NCBI GenBank assembly: GCA_009837885.1
Contig: VXSP01000045.1
Location: 325,526-389,525 of the forward strand
DNA from: Holophagales bacterium
GTDB lineage: Bacteria; Acidobacteriota; Thermoanaerobaculia; Multivoradales; Multivoraceae
Length of the DNA stretch: 64,000 bases
Reading direction: 5' to 3'
Under the pieces are notes generated by a model. The model was given only the letters and a program-made list of their open reading frames with translations, was not told the DNA's origin and did no database searches. Each line of letters begins with the position of its first letter. The first letter of the stretch is position 1. The position numbers were made by a program, and so were the translations under genes. This document shows positions 9,527 through 18,772 of the stretch, piece after piece.

Positions 9527-10117
9527 ATGGACTACGTGGCGGTCTTCGTGGATGCTGGCTACCTGTTCGCCCAGGGCTCGCAGGTCCTTACCGGCACGAA
9601 GCTCCAACGTGGCGAGATGCGGCTCAACGTGGACGGCGCGGTGCGGGCGCTGACAGACCTCGCCGTTCGGGCTTCTCGCGAACTTCGGCTCCTCAGGATC
9701 TACTGGTACGACGGCACCTCGGGGGAGCCATCTCACCAGCACCGCACCCTCGCCCGACACGCTCACATCAAGGTGAGACTCGGCATCGTGAACAGGCAGG
9801 GCCAGCAGAAGGGCGTGGACTCACTCTTGGTGACGGACATGATCACGCTGGCACGGAACCGGGCGATGGCAGAGTGCGTTCTGCTCTCCGGTGACGAGGA
9901 CGCGACCAGGTTCAGGACTTCGAGGCGCTCGGCATCGAAGAACAGGTTCTCGTACACGGAAACCAAGCCAGCCGCAACGACCCACTCGTCCTCAAGCGCC
10001 TGGAGCACCTCGCTTCGTTTCGTCAGGCGGTCGGCAGCCTCCTTGACCTCCTCCAGGAGCCCTTCCTCCAGGGTCTCGGTCTCCGGCGACGGGCCGTGGT
10101 CCGTCTCAGTCATTTAG
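9527..10117 (+). CDS. NYN-domain (LabA/DUF88-like) protein; C-terminal third uncertain
   Basis: MDYVAVFVDAGYL...KGVDSLLVTDMITLA...LLSGDED matches the NYN/PIN-like core. RBS GAGAGG sits before ATG 9527. After about residue 125 the frame is low-complexity (S/R/T-rich) and may not be genuine. Confidence 0.55.
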   Translation: MDYVAVFVDAGYLFAQGSQVLTGTKLQRGEMRLNVDGAVRALTDLAVRASRELRLLRIYWYDGTSGEPSHQHRTLARHAHIKVRLGIVNRQGQQKGVDSLLVTDMITLARNRAMAECVLLSGDEDATRFRTSRRSASKNRFSYTETKPAATTHSSSSAWSTSLRFVRRSAASLTSSRSPSSRVSVSGDGPWSVSVI

Positions 10118-10176
10118 CGGCAGAGAGCCTACCCTTCGAGGGTGCTCGCCCTGGCAGGTCGGACAGCTCTCGCGGC

Positions 10177-10425
10177 TTACTGCCGAAGTTGGGGCAGTGA
10201 GCCTTCGGCGCAGGCCTCGATCTGGAAGCGTCGGATCAACGCCTTGACGAAACGGCGCTGGACTTCACCGCGGCCCGACCGCTGCCGGCTGTGCTGGCCG
10301 CTCGGAAGAAAGGCGCTGCTGGCGTCGTAGGTGACGATCCAGTTGTGTTGACCGCGTTTGACGGTGTAACCGGGAGCGCAGACGTCCAGCATGGCGAAGA
10401 CGCTCCGAAGCTGAATCTGCGCCAC
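10177..10425 (-). CDS. Possible HicA-like (YcfA-fold) toxin, 82 aa
   Basis: GYTVKRGQHNWIVTY resembles the HicA G-x-x-x-R-x-GSH core. It lies 4 nt downstream of the HicB-like ORF. The match is weak. Confidence 0.35.
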   Translation of the reverse strand: MAQIQLRSVFAMLDVCAPGYTVKRGQHNWIVTYDASSAFLPSGQHSRQRSGRGEVQRRFVKALIRRFQIEACAEGSLPQLRQ

Positions 10426-10428
10426 GAA

Positions 10429-10917
10429 TCAGGCGGCTTCGGGCAGTCCGGCGAGGACCAGTTCGGATGGCTTGGGGTTGTTGGCGGGTCCGGTCTCGAC
10501 GAACAACGTGACGCTATGGCGAAGGGCGGGATTCGGTCGCACCGGGAGTTCGGACTGGACCTGGCCGGCTGCGACCTTCTCTCGCGCCGCGTCGAACGCG
10601 TGAGCGGCCCATGCGTCCGTGTCCTTGAAGAACCTGGAGACCTTCCGCTCGAACACGTCGAAGTCGGGCGCGTCCGCCGCGATGTCGTACAGCGCGAGTT
10701 CCGTGTTCGCCTTCAGGTCGAGGTAGGCCTCGATCAGGGTGTCGCCCACGCCGGCGACGCCGCCCGGCTTCAGGCCGTGCGCGAGGAAGCCGTCCTCCTC
10801 TTCGGTGACCACGGCGCCCCCACGAAACTCGACTCCGGCGGCGAAGCCCGGGCCTTGTACGGGGATCTGCAATCGGAACACGATCGGGTAGACCGTGTCC
10901 GGCATGGGATCGATCAT
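10429..10917 (-). CDS. HicB-like (UPF0150) antitoxin-family protein, 162 aa
   Basis: YPIVF...EEEDGFLAHGLKPGGVAGVGDTLIEAYLDLKANTELAL matches the HicB N-domain pattern (YPxVxE.EEDG...PG..GDTLEEA). Confidence 0.45.
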   Translation of the reverse strand: MIDPMPDTVYPIVFRLQIPVQGPGFAAGVEFRGGAVVTEEEDGFLAHGLKPGGVAGVGDTLIEAYLDLKANTELALYDIAADAPDFDVFERKVSRFFKDTDAWAAHAFDAAREKVAAGQVQSELPVRPNPALRHSVTLFVETGPANNPKPSELVLAGLPEAA

Positions 10918-11081
10918 GTCGGTCTCCCTCTTCGACGTGGGAGGCGGGAAGGTTTGGATCAGCGGCTTGACCGGCCGGCAGCCGGGTGCTGGAAGGCGAT
11001 GAGTATACCGAGGAGTCCGAGCGGGATCACCGCTCCCGGCGCCAGGGTCGGCATGGCGCCTCCCACGTTGGCGGCTTTCGA

Positions 11082-13229
11082 CTACGGGGCCGCCGCGGCC
11101 TGCTCGTCCGCGAGCATGTTGCGGCGGTGGAGGACGTAGGCCTTGAGCAGGGCGACATCGTCGCGGTCGAGGACGGGGTCGAAGCTGGGCATGCCGACAT
11201 CGACGAGTGCGCCTTCAAGCAGCGCTGCTTCGTAGGAGTCGAAGACGCGCTGTGACGATTGCCGCAGGTCGGGCGTGACGCCGCCGGAGACCGCGCCGTA
11301 GCCGTGGCAGACGAGGCAGTACTGGTTGAACAGCCGGCGCCCGGCATCGATGTCCTCCGCCTCTGCGCCATGGTCCACGCGGGTGACCCGGATCTCGCGG
11401 CGCTCCTGCCGCTCGATCGGCCGGCCGGTGGCGCCGAGGGCGTAGACGACGATCCGGCCTTCGGACTCGACTGCCTGCCGGGCGGAGCGGCTGCCGACGA
11501 TGCCGAAGGCGCCGCCCCAGCCGGACATGACGGCGATGTGCTGGGTGCCGCCGGACTCGAAGGTGATCGGCGGCGCGATGACGCCGCTGCCGGTGTAGCT
11601 CTCCCAGAGCTTCTCGCCGTCATCGGCTCGATACGCGGTCAACTGGCCGAAAGGCGTACCCTGAAAGACGAGGTTGCCGGCCGTGGCAAGCACGCCGCCC
11701 GACCAGGGCATCGTGTACTGCGCCCGCCAGGCCTCCCGCTGGGCGACGGGATCCCAGGCCAGCAGGTGGCCCGAGAGCAGGGCCGGCGGCGCGTCCTCGG
11801 CCAGCATCTGGCCCGAGAGGCCGGTGGCGTCGACGATTGCCTGGGGGATGTCCTCGGGAGCCGCGGCGCGGACACCCAGGTTCCATTGTCCGGGGGTGTA
11901 CTGGTAGTTCGGGTCCGGAACGTAGAAGTTCCCCATCTCCATCGCCGGGATGTAGACGAGGCCGGTCTTCGGACTGAACGCCATCGGATGCCAGTTGTGG
12001 CCGCCGAGTGGGCCCGGCGAGACGTTCACGGTCTGGTCGGTGTAGCGCGCCCCGGCGAGTTCGACGGGCCGGCCGCTGGCCAGATCGACATGGCTGGCCC
12101 AGGTGACGGTGACGAACTCCTCGGCCGAGATCAGTTCGCCGGTGCGGCGGTCGAGGACGTAGAAGAAGCCGTTCTTCGGCGCCTGCATCAGGACCTGGCG
12201 GACGCGGCCGCCGATCGGTAACTCGGCGAGCATGATCGGCTGGGTGGCGGTGTAGTCCCAGGTGTCGCCGGGCGTGGTCTGGTAGTGCCAGACGTACTCG
12301 CCGGTGTCGGGCTTAAGCGCCACGATGGACGACAGGAACAGGTTGTCGCCGCCGCCGGGGCTGCGCAGGTTGCGGTCCCAGGGCGCGCCGTTGCCGACGC
12401 CGATGTAGAGCAGATCGAGTTCCGGGTCGTAGACGATCGAGTCCCAGACCGTGCCGCCGCCGCCGCCGGTCCACCACTCGCCGGTCCAGGTCTCGGCGGC
12501 CATCCGCATCGCCTCGTTCTCGAAGCCGTCGGCCGGGTCCCCCGGCACGGTGTAGAAGCGCCAGGCTCGCTCGCCGGTTTCCGCGTCGTAGGCGTCGACG
12601 TAGCCGCGCACGCCGTACTCGGCGCCGCTGTTGCCGATGATCACCTTGCCCTTGGCGATCCGGGGCGCGCCGGTGATCGTGTACATCGAGTCCTCGGGCA
12701 CGGTCATCGTCGACCAGGCGAGTTCTCCGGTCTCGGCGTCGATGGCGATCAGCCGTCCGTCGAGCGTGGCGGAGATCACCTTGCCGCGGTAGAGGGCGGC
12801 GCCGCGGTTCACCGCGTCGCAGCAGGTCTTGTTCGCGATCGAACGCGGAACCTCCGGGTCGTAGGTCCACAGCGGTTCGCCAGTCACCGCGTCGAGGGCG
12901 TAGATGACGTTCCAGGCGCCGGTCGCGTACATCACGCCGTCGACGATCAGGGGCGTGGCCTCGAGACCCCGCTTCGTGTTCGTCTCCTGGACCCAGGCGA
13001 TGCCGAGCTGATCCACGTTGCCATCGTTGATCTGGTCCAGCACGCTGTAGCGCTGCTCCTTGTAGGTGCCGCCGTAGGTCAGCCAGTCGGCGGTGCGGCC
13101 GGCGGCGCCGACCAGCGCGGCGTCGTCGACTCCGTATGCGGCCTCGGCCCGCCGCGGCGGCGGTTGGGAGGCCGCGGCAGTGGCCAGCAGGAGCGCCACG
13201 AGCGTGGCGATCGGAGTGTGGATCTTCAT
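11082..13229 (-). CDS. Quinohemoprotein PQQ-dependent alcohol dehydrogenase (type II ADH, C-terminal cytochrome c domain)
   Basis: ATG at 13229 has an AGAGGAA SD. Signal peptide present. PQQ beta-propeller motifs are visible (DWLTYGGTYKEQRYS, W repeats). The C-terminal CLVCHG reads as a CxxCH heme-c site. The track ORF is over-extended 5'. Confidence 0.85.
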   Translation of the reverse strand: MKIHTPIATLVALLLATAAASQPPPRRAEAAYGVDDAALVGAAGRTADWLTYGGTYKEQRYSVLDQINDGNVDQLGIAWVQETNTKRGLEATPLIVDGVMYATGAWNVIYALDAVTGEPLWTYDPEVPRSIANKTCCDAVNRGAALYRGKVISATLDGRLIAIDAETGELAWSTMTVPEDSMYTITGAPRIAKGKVIIGNSGAEYGVRGYVDAYDAETGERAWRFYTVPGDPADGFENEAMRMAAETWTGEWWTGGGGGTVWDSIVYDPELDLLYIGVGNGAPWDRNLRSPGGGDNLFLSSIVALKPDTGEYVWHYQTTPGDTWDYTATQPIMLAELPIGGRVRQVLMQAPKNGFFYVLDRRTGELISAEEFVTVTWASHVDLASGRPVELAGARYTDQTVNVSPGPLGGHNWHPMAFSPKTGLVYIPAMEMGNFYVPDPNYQYTPGQWNLGVRAAAPEDIPQAIVDATGLSGQMLAEDAPPALLSGHLLAWDPVAQREAWRAQYTMPWSGGVLATAGNLVFQGTPFGQLTAYRADDGEKLWESYTGSGVIAPPITFESGGTQHIAVMSGWGGAFGIVGSRSARQAVESEGRIVVYALGATGRPIERQERREIRVTRVDHGAEAEDIDAGRRLFNQYCLVCHGYGAVSGGVTPDLRQSSQRVFDSYEAALLEGALVDVGMPSFDPVLDRDDVALLKAYVLHRRNMLADEQAAAAP

Positions 13230-15218
13230 GACTTCGGTTCCTCTAAGGCTGCAGGCAGGGCAAGCGCGACGAGTTCGGGGGGCGTGCCGCCGCCGCCGAT
13301 GCCGAAGCGGCCGCCGCCGGTGGCGACGGCCAGGTACTGCCGGCCGTCGTGTTCGTAGATGATGGGGTTCGAGTTCGGGGTGCCCGGTAACTCGATTCCA
13401 CCGAGGTACTCGCCGGTCTTCTTGTCGTAGACGCTGATCTCCGGCGGCACGTCGGGTTCGTCGGCCTCGGGATCGGCGGTGCGTTCCGGGGCGGCCGTGA
13501 CGAAGAGCAGGGTGGGCGTGACCAGGGGAGCCGCGGTGTGATTGGCGACCCCGAGCCGTCCGAGTTCGAGGTCGGCGATGGCTGGATGGTTCACCGGACC
13601 GACGCCGTGCGGGACCATCCACAGGTGCTCGCCGGTGTTCAGATCGATCGCCGTGATTCGCCCGTATGGTGGCTTGACCAGGGGCAATCCACGGGGTCCC
13701 TCGACGGTCCGGTACCAACGATCCGGCACGAAGTTCAGGTCGGAGCGGTTCGGATCGGGCCTGGTCAGGGAGACGCTGGCCGAACGGGTGTGGGAGACGA
13801 CGTAGAGGATTCCGGTTTCGGGATCGACCGCGGCGCCGGTCCAGTTCGCGCCGCCGCCGTCGGCCGGCAACTGGATCGTCGGCTTTCCCGCCTCCTCGAA
13901 GCGCGGCGGCGTATAGAGCGGCACCAGGTCGTAGTCGGCTGCGATCTCGATCGCCTCGGCGCGGAGTTCGGGAGTCCAGTCGATCAGGTCGTCTTCGGTG
14001 ATGCCCTGGCGATCGAAGGCGGCCGGCCGGGTGGGGAAGGGCTGGGTTGGCGCGGCACGCTCGCCCGGCACGTCGCTTGGCGGCACCTCGCGTTCCTCGA
14101 TCTCCCACACCGGCTTGCCGGTCACACGGTCGAAGACGAAGGCGAAGGCCTGCTTGGTGACCTGGACCACGCCGCGCACCCGCTCGCCCTCCACCGTCGC
14201 CTCGAACAGGTTGGGGGCGGTCGGCGGGTCGTAGTCCCAGAGGCCGTGGTGGACGAACTGGTAGTGCCACTGGCGCTGGCCCGTTTCGCAGTCGACCGCG
14301 ACGATGCTCTCGGCGTAGAGGTTGTCACCGAGCCGGTGGCCGCCGTAGAGATCGTTGGTCGGCGTGCCGACCGGCAGATAGGCGGTGCCGGTCTCCTCGT
14401 CGACCGCGATCATGGACCAGACGTTCGTGTTACCGCTGTAGCGCCACGACTCGTCCTCCCAGGTTTCGACGCCGAGTTCGTCGTTCTGCGGGATGGTGTG
14501 GAAGACCCAGGCGAGATCGCCGGTCGGGATGTCATAGGCGCGCACGAACCCGGGCGGCGCTTCCTTGTGGGTGGCGAAGTCCGCCACGATCGAGCCAACG
14601 ATCACGGTGTTGCCGCAGACTGCCGGCGGCGAACTGTGCGTCGTCAGGCGCTCCATCACCTCGCGACCCAGGTGCGGCGTCATCTCGACCGCGCCGCCGT
14701 TGCCGAAGTCCGGATCAGGCTCTCCGGTTGCGGCGTCCAGGGAGATCAGCCGCCGGTCGTGGGTGGGGATCAGCACCCGCTCCTGCTGGCCGTCCGTCCA
14801 CCAGGCGACTCCGCGGTGGTGGAAGCCGAGGTTGGCCGGCCGGCCGGCGCGCCAGCTTTCCGGGTCGTAGGCCCAGAGCGTCTCGCCCGTCCCGGCGTCG
14901 ATCGCGGCGACCTGGCTGAGCGAGGTAGCGACGAAGATCCGGCCGCCGACCTCGAGCGGAATCGCCTTGAACTGGCCTCGTCGCACGCTGCTCGGGACTT
15001 CGGTGTCCGCGGCGATCGAGCGCCAGCGCCAGACGACCTCCACGTCCTGGAAGTTGGAGCGGTCGATCTCGTCGAGCGTCGAGTACTTGCTGTTGCCGGG
15101 ATCGCCACCGAAAGCCGGCCAGTCGCCGGAGGTTCCGGCCTGGGCCGTGAGCGGCGAACTCGCGAGTGAGCTGGCGAGCGCCGCGAGAGCGACGGCGAGG
15201 CTGGAATGGGTACTCAGG
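13226..15218 (-). CDS. PQQ-dependent dehydrogenase (second quinoprotein, no heme domain)
   Basis: The conserved mature N-terminus GDWPAFGGDPGNSKYSTLDEI and propeller repeats are present. There is no ATG/GTG/TTG between the upstream stop and this conserved N-terminus. The only candidate start is CTG at 15217, overlapping the upstream TGA (CTGA). ATGA overlap with the downstream ADH. Confidence 0.75.
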
Positions 15219-15687
15219 ACAGCAGCCCGATCAGGCGGGCGTAGACCGAAACGCTGGTCCAGATGCCGATCGAGAGAAAGCCGACCACCTTGGGCCAGTG
15301 TCCGAGCGTTCCTTCCTCGGCGAAGGCGACCCGGCGGCGGATCGTGAAGTTGAAGAGCAGCCCGATGACGATGATCTGAATCTTCCACCAGAAGAACGGG
15401 CTGTAGTACTGCTTGAGCGCCGTGGACAGGACCTGGGGCGCGCCGGTCACGAACAGGGCGACGAAGCTCCAGATCATCCACCGGTCCATCTCTCGGGCGA
15501 GCTGGTTGAGAGGCGTCTTGATCAGGCCGCGTCCAAGCAGGCGCATGTCGACGACCAGGACGGCGCCGGCGAAGCCGACCAGCGCCACCAGGTGAGCGCA
15601 CTGGATGATCGGCGACGCCCAGGTCTCCTCCAGCATCCAGGCGCTGAAGGGCAGGCCCTGCATCCACTCGAAGAAGGACTGCAACAT
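15214..15687 (-). CDS. 4-TM membrane protein, paralogue B (unknown function)
   Basis: Hydrophobic 157-aa ORF, paralogous to the upstream 174-aa ORF. Shared pattern: FEW..LP.S....E.......P.I...H.....FAG....DMRL.G. One His is conserved in TM1. Confidence 0.55.
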   Translation of the reverse strand: MLQSFFEWMQGLPFSAWMLEETWASPIIQCAHLVALVGFAGAVLVVDMRLLGRGLIKTPLNQLAREMDRWMIWSFVALFVTGAPQVLSTALKQYYSPFFWWKIQIIVIGLLFNFTIRRRVAFAEEGTLGHWPKVVGFLSIGIWTSVSVYARLIGLLS

Positions 15688-15711
15688 GTGGACGTTTCCT
15701 CCGCGGCCTCT

Positions 15712-16236
15712 TCAGGCGCCGATGTTCAGGTTGTTCCACCAGCCGGGCATCAGGCCGCTGTAGGCCATCATCCGTCCGGTGACCACGACCGCCGCCCACA
15801 ACACGAGGGACACGACCCCGGCGAGTCGGGCGTTCAGCGGAATCTCGCGGCCCTGGTCCCACGCCTGGACCGACTTGTAGGTCGCGTAGTGGAACCAGAA
15901 CATGTTGATGCCGGCGACAAGCATCAGCGCCATCTTGGCCCAGAAGTAGAAGTTGCCGTAGTACCGCATCGGCTGGCTGTAAAGCAGCAATGCCCCGGTG
16001 ATCAGGTTGATGCCGTAGCCGGTCAGCGCCCACGGGAAGAGGCGGGTCGGGATGTTCGATACCGGCACCTTCTTGAGCGTGAACCCGATCAGGCGCATGT
16101 CCCAGTACGCGATCAACCCGGCGAACAGGCACATGCTGACGACGTGGATCGTCAGCATGGTCGGGTAGGCGTTCAGCGACTCCCGCAGCGCGATGCTGCT
16201 GGGAAGCGCATCGACCCACTCGAAGAGGCTACGCAT
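15712..16236 (-). CDS. 4-TM membrane protein, paralogue A (unknown function)
   Basis: 174-aa hydrophobic ORF in the same operon and orientation. Paralogue of 15214..15687. Confidence 0.55.
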   Translation of the reverse strand: MRSLFEWVDALPSSIALRESLNAYPTMLTIHVVSMCLFAGLIAYWDMRLIGFTLKKVPVSNIPTRLFPWALTGYGINLITGALLLYSQPMRYYGNFYFWAKMALMLVAGINMFWFHYATYKSVQAWDQGREIPLNARLAGVVSLVLWAAVVVTGRMMAYSGLMPGWWNNLNIGA

Positions 16237-16292
16237 GAGCTATGTAGGGGAGGGTTCAGCGGCTCCCGGCCTGCGCCGGGGCGAATGCGGGC

Positions 16293-16826
16293 TCAGTCGT
16301 CGCAGCGGTCCTGGTACTTGCGGTAGACGAAGTGGCAGTCCTCGCAGGCGCCGGCAAGCTCGTTGGTGAGGTCGCTGACCTTGTCGCGGTCCTTCTCGTG
16401 GGCGGCGGTGTAGATCTTCTTGGCGACCTCGGTGAGCTTGCGCGCATACTCCTGATAGTCGTCTTTCTGGACCGGCGCCGGCTTGCCGTTCTCGCACATC
16501 CGGTCCGGGTTCAGGATCTGCGGTTCGACCTCGGCCAGGGCAAGCGCCGCCTGCTGGGGAACCTGCCAACCCGTGTAGATACTGGCGAAGCGGGCCGAAG
16601 CGGAACCGTCGCCGCTGTCGGACGCTTCGGGCGGCGCCTCCGGATCGTAGGACTGGACATCGAACAGGTGGTTCGAGTTCGGGAACAGGATGGCGCGCAT
16701 CAGTTCGGCCAGGTTGCCTACCGGCTCCTCGTGCTCGGAGGCTGCGACGGACGGCGCCACAATCGCCATACACGCTGCGAGGGCCACCGCGGCGGTGAGA
16801 ATCGGCGCGAGTCTGGTCAGGCGCAT
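16293..16826 (-). CDS. Class-II-like c-type cytochrome (C-terminal CxxCH), periplasmic
   Basis: ATG at 16826 has a GGAAGGAGAA SD. Signal peptide MRLTRLAPILTAAVALAA. The single CEDCH motif sits near the C-terminus, typical of cytochrome c'/c556 four-helix-bundle cytochromes. Confidence 0.6.
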   Translation of the reverse strand: MRLTRLAPILTAAVALAACMAIVAPSVAASEHEEPVGNLAELMRAILFPNSNHLFDVQSYDPEAPPEASDSGDGSASARFASIYTGWQVPQQAALALAEVEPQILNPDRMCENGKPAPVQKDDYQEYARKLTEVAKKIYTAAHEKDRDKVSDLTNELAGACEDCHFVYRKYQDRCDD

Positions 16827-16965
16827 TGTGCGGTTCTCCTTCCCCCGGAACAAGGGGATTGACGTTGGTTTCGGTTGGCTGGCGGAATCGCGAGCCGGGA
16901 GTGTAACTCAGAAACGGAGGCCTTCACGGGGGAAGCGGGTGCCGCCCGCGACGGCCTGGAGCTGC

Positions 16966-17466
16966 TCAGTCGTCGGACTCTTCTCCGGACGAACCCGTGA
17001 CGGGTTCAGCCATCGTTGTCGTCGCGATCAGCCACTGCATGTCGAGCCCCGCGGTGCGGTGGACCGAGTACTCGGCGACGCGCGGGTCGCCGATGATGCG
17101 GAGGAACTCGGCCCGCGAGGGGTACTCCATCAGGGCGATCGCGTGGAAGTACTCGTCCGTGTCGCCGATCACCATCGAATCGACCCGGCCGGACCAGATC
17201 AGACGGGCGCCCTGAGAGGTGACCCACTGGACCATCTGGGCGCCATACCTGCCGTACGCCTCCTCGCCCGTGAGGCCCTCGTCGGGGGCGTCGGCCTCCT
17301 TCTTGAAGCGCAGCAGGTTGACCATGACGACCGGCTCCTCGGCCGGGCCTTCCATGAGTTCCTGGATCTGTTCGGGTTCGGGTGCGATCTGGGCCATGGC
17401 GCCTCCAGCGGCCAGCAAGGCCACGGAAAAGGTGATGAAGGTAGCGGCGGAAAGGGGGCGGATCAT
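16966..17466 (-). CDS. DUF1330 domain protein (secreted)
   Basis: ATG at 17466 with AAAGGAG SD. Signal peptide present. The DUF1330 core is visible (VMVNLLRFK...YGRY...IALMEYPSRAEFL). Confidence 0.7.
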   Translation of the reverse strand: MIRPLSAATFITFSVALLAAGGAMAQIAPEPEQIQELMEGPAEEPVVMVNLLRFKKEADAPDEGLTGEEAYGRYGAQMVQWVTSQGARLIWSGRVDSMVIGDTDEYFHAIALMEYPSRAEFLRIIGDPRVAEYSVHRTAGLDMQWLIATTTMAEPVTGSSGEESDD

Positions 17467-17489
17467 GACAGGCTCCTTTCGAGTGGACG

Positions 17490-18755
17490 TCAGGCGGGCG
17501 AGCGAACCGCCATCGGTTGGAACTTCATGTAGGTGAGGGAACGCCACAGCCACTCCAGCGGTCCGAAGCGGAAGCGGGCCAGCCACCACGGCGACCAGAT
17601 CAGTTGCGCTGCCCAGATCGCGACGACGATGCCGAACTGGCCGAGGCGGCCGACCTGCTCGAACTGGCCGAGGCCGTGGCCGTAGAAGATAAGCGTGCAG
17701 ATGACGCTCTGGCTGATGTAGTTCGACAGCGCCATCCGGCCGGCCGCCTGGAGCCGGTGCTGCAAGCCGGGCAGCCAGCCGCGCAGAACGGCCAGCATGA
17801 CGAGCGCGACGTAGCCAAGAAAGACGATCGTGGCTCCAACGAGGTTGAAGACCATCCCCTGGAACATGGAGTGCTCGAAGGCGAAGCCGTGCCGTGTGTT
17901 GAACACCGCGCCGAGGATGACGATCGGCAGGCCGACGCCGAAGCTCGCGGCCAGAAGGCGCCGGTAGAAGGTTGGCGAGCGGCGGGCGGAAAACACACCG
18001 AGCTTGTAGAGGCCCATGCCCACGAGCATCAGGCCGCCGCTGCGCCAGAAGAACAGCACGAGGAAGACGAAGGTCTCCGCGCCCAGGGCCGTGGCGCTCC
18101 GGTGCGGAAGCTGGGTGAGCCAGCTCCCCCGATAGGTGGCGATCTCGGCCTCGATGGCGGCCGCCGCCGGCGCCCAGTCGCCGGCGAACTGGGCTTGGGC
18201 TTCGGCCGGCATGGACGGTAATGCCGTGCCGGTCAGCAGAAAGAACCCCGCCGGCACGACCGTCATCGCGAAGCCGCCGATCAGCAGCTTCTTCGGGCTC
18301 AGGTTGCGCAGGCTGTAGAGCAGGAAGCCGCACAGGGCATAGGGGACCAGGATGTCGCCGTACCAGATCAGGTGGGCGTGGGCGAGGCCGATGAGCAGCA
18401 GCCAGAACTGCCGGCGGTAGTGAACGCCCGTCGCCGAGCCTCCTCGGGCGGCGGCCCGCTCGGCCATCAGCGCCATTCCGGCGCCGAACAGGGCGGAGAA
18501 GATGGAGATGAACTTCATGTCGAAGAACACGTGCGCGACGAGCCAGGCCCAGTAGCCGGCGCCGACGCCCCAGTCGTTGGCGGCCGGGTTCAGATACGCC
18601 GCTTCGATCATCGAGTAGCTCTGCACGTTCATCGCCAGGATGCCGAGCACGGCGAAGCCGCGCAGGACATCGAGCGCCGCGATGCGCTCGCCGGAGCGGA
18701 CGGGCACCGCCCTGGGCGGGGCGGCGGATTCGGTGGGTGAGTCGGCGGTCGTCAC
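17490..18755 (-). CDS. DUF418 (YeiB-like) membrane protein
   Basis: LDVLRGFAVLGILAMN...DMKFISIFSALFG plus multi-TM hydrophobic profile. GTG start about 18755; the track ORF is over-extended. Confidence 0.7.
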   Translation of the reverse strand: MTTADSPTESAAPPRAVPVRSGERIAALDVLRGFAVLGILAMNVQSYSMIEAAYLNPAANDWGVGAGYWAWLVAHVFFDMKFISIFSALFGAGMALMAERAAARGGSATGVHYRRQFWLLLIGLAHAHLIWYGDILVPYALCGFLLYSLRNLSPKKLLIGGFAMTVVPAGFFLLTGTALPSMPAEAQAQFAGDWAPAAAAIEAEIATYRGSWLTQLPHRSATALGAETFVFLVLFFWRSGGLMLVGMGLYKLGVFSARRSPTFYRRLLAASFGVGLPIVILGAVFNTRHGFAFEHSMFQGMVFNLVGATIVFLGYVALVMLAVLRGWLPGLQHRLQAAGRMALSNYISQSVICTLIFYGHGLGQFEQVGRLGQFGIVVAIWAAQLIWSPWWLARFRFGPLEWLWRSLTYMKFQPMAVRSPA

Positions 18756-18772
18756 GGGGCTCGGCTCTTGCG

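Noticed and set aside
13230-16219. Long N-terminal extensions of the track ORFs 11082..14270, 13226..16219, 30342..34574, 37208..41377, 16966..18333, 21506..22594 and 60900..62159
   Set aside because: Upstream parts are Arg/Pro/Gly-rich and overlap adjacent real genes. The true starts were placed at conserved N-termini with RBS support.
17517-18221. 234-aa plus-strand ORF antisense to the DUF418 gene
   Set aside because: Acidic/R-rich low-complexity translation, antisense artefact.
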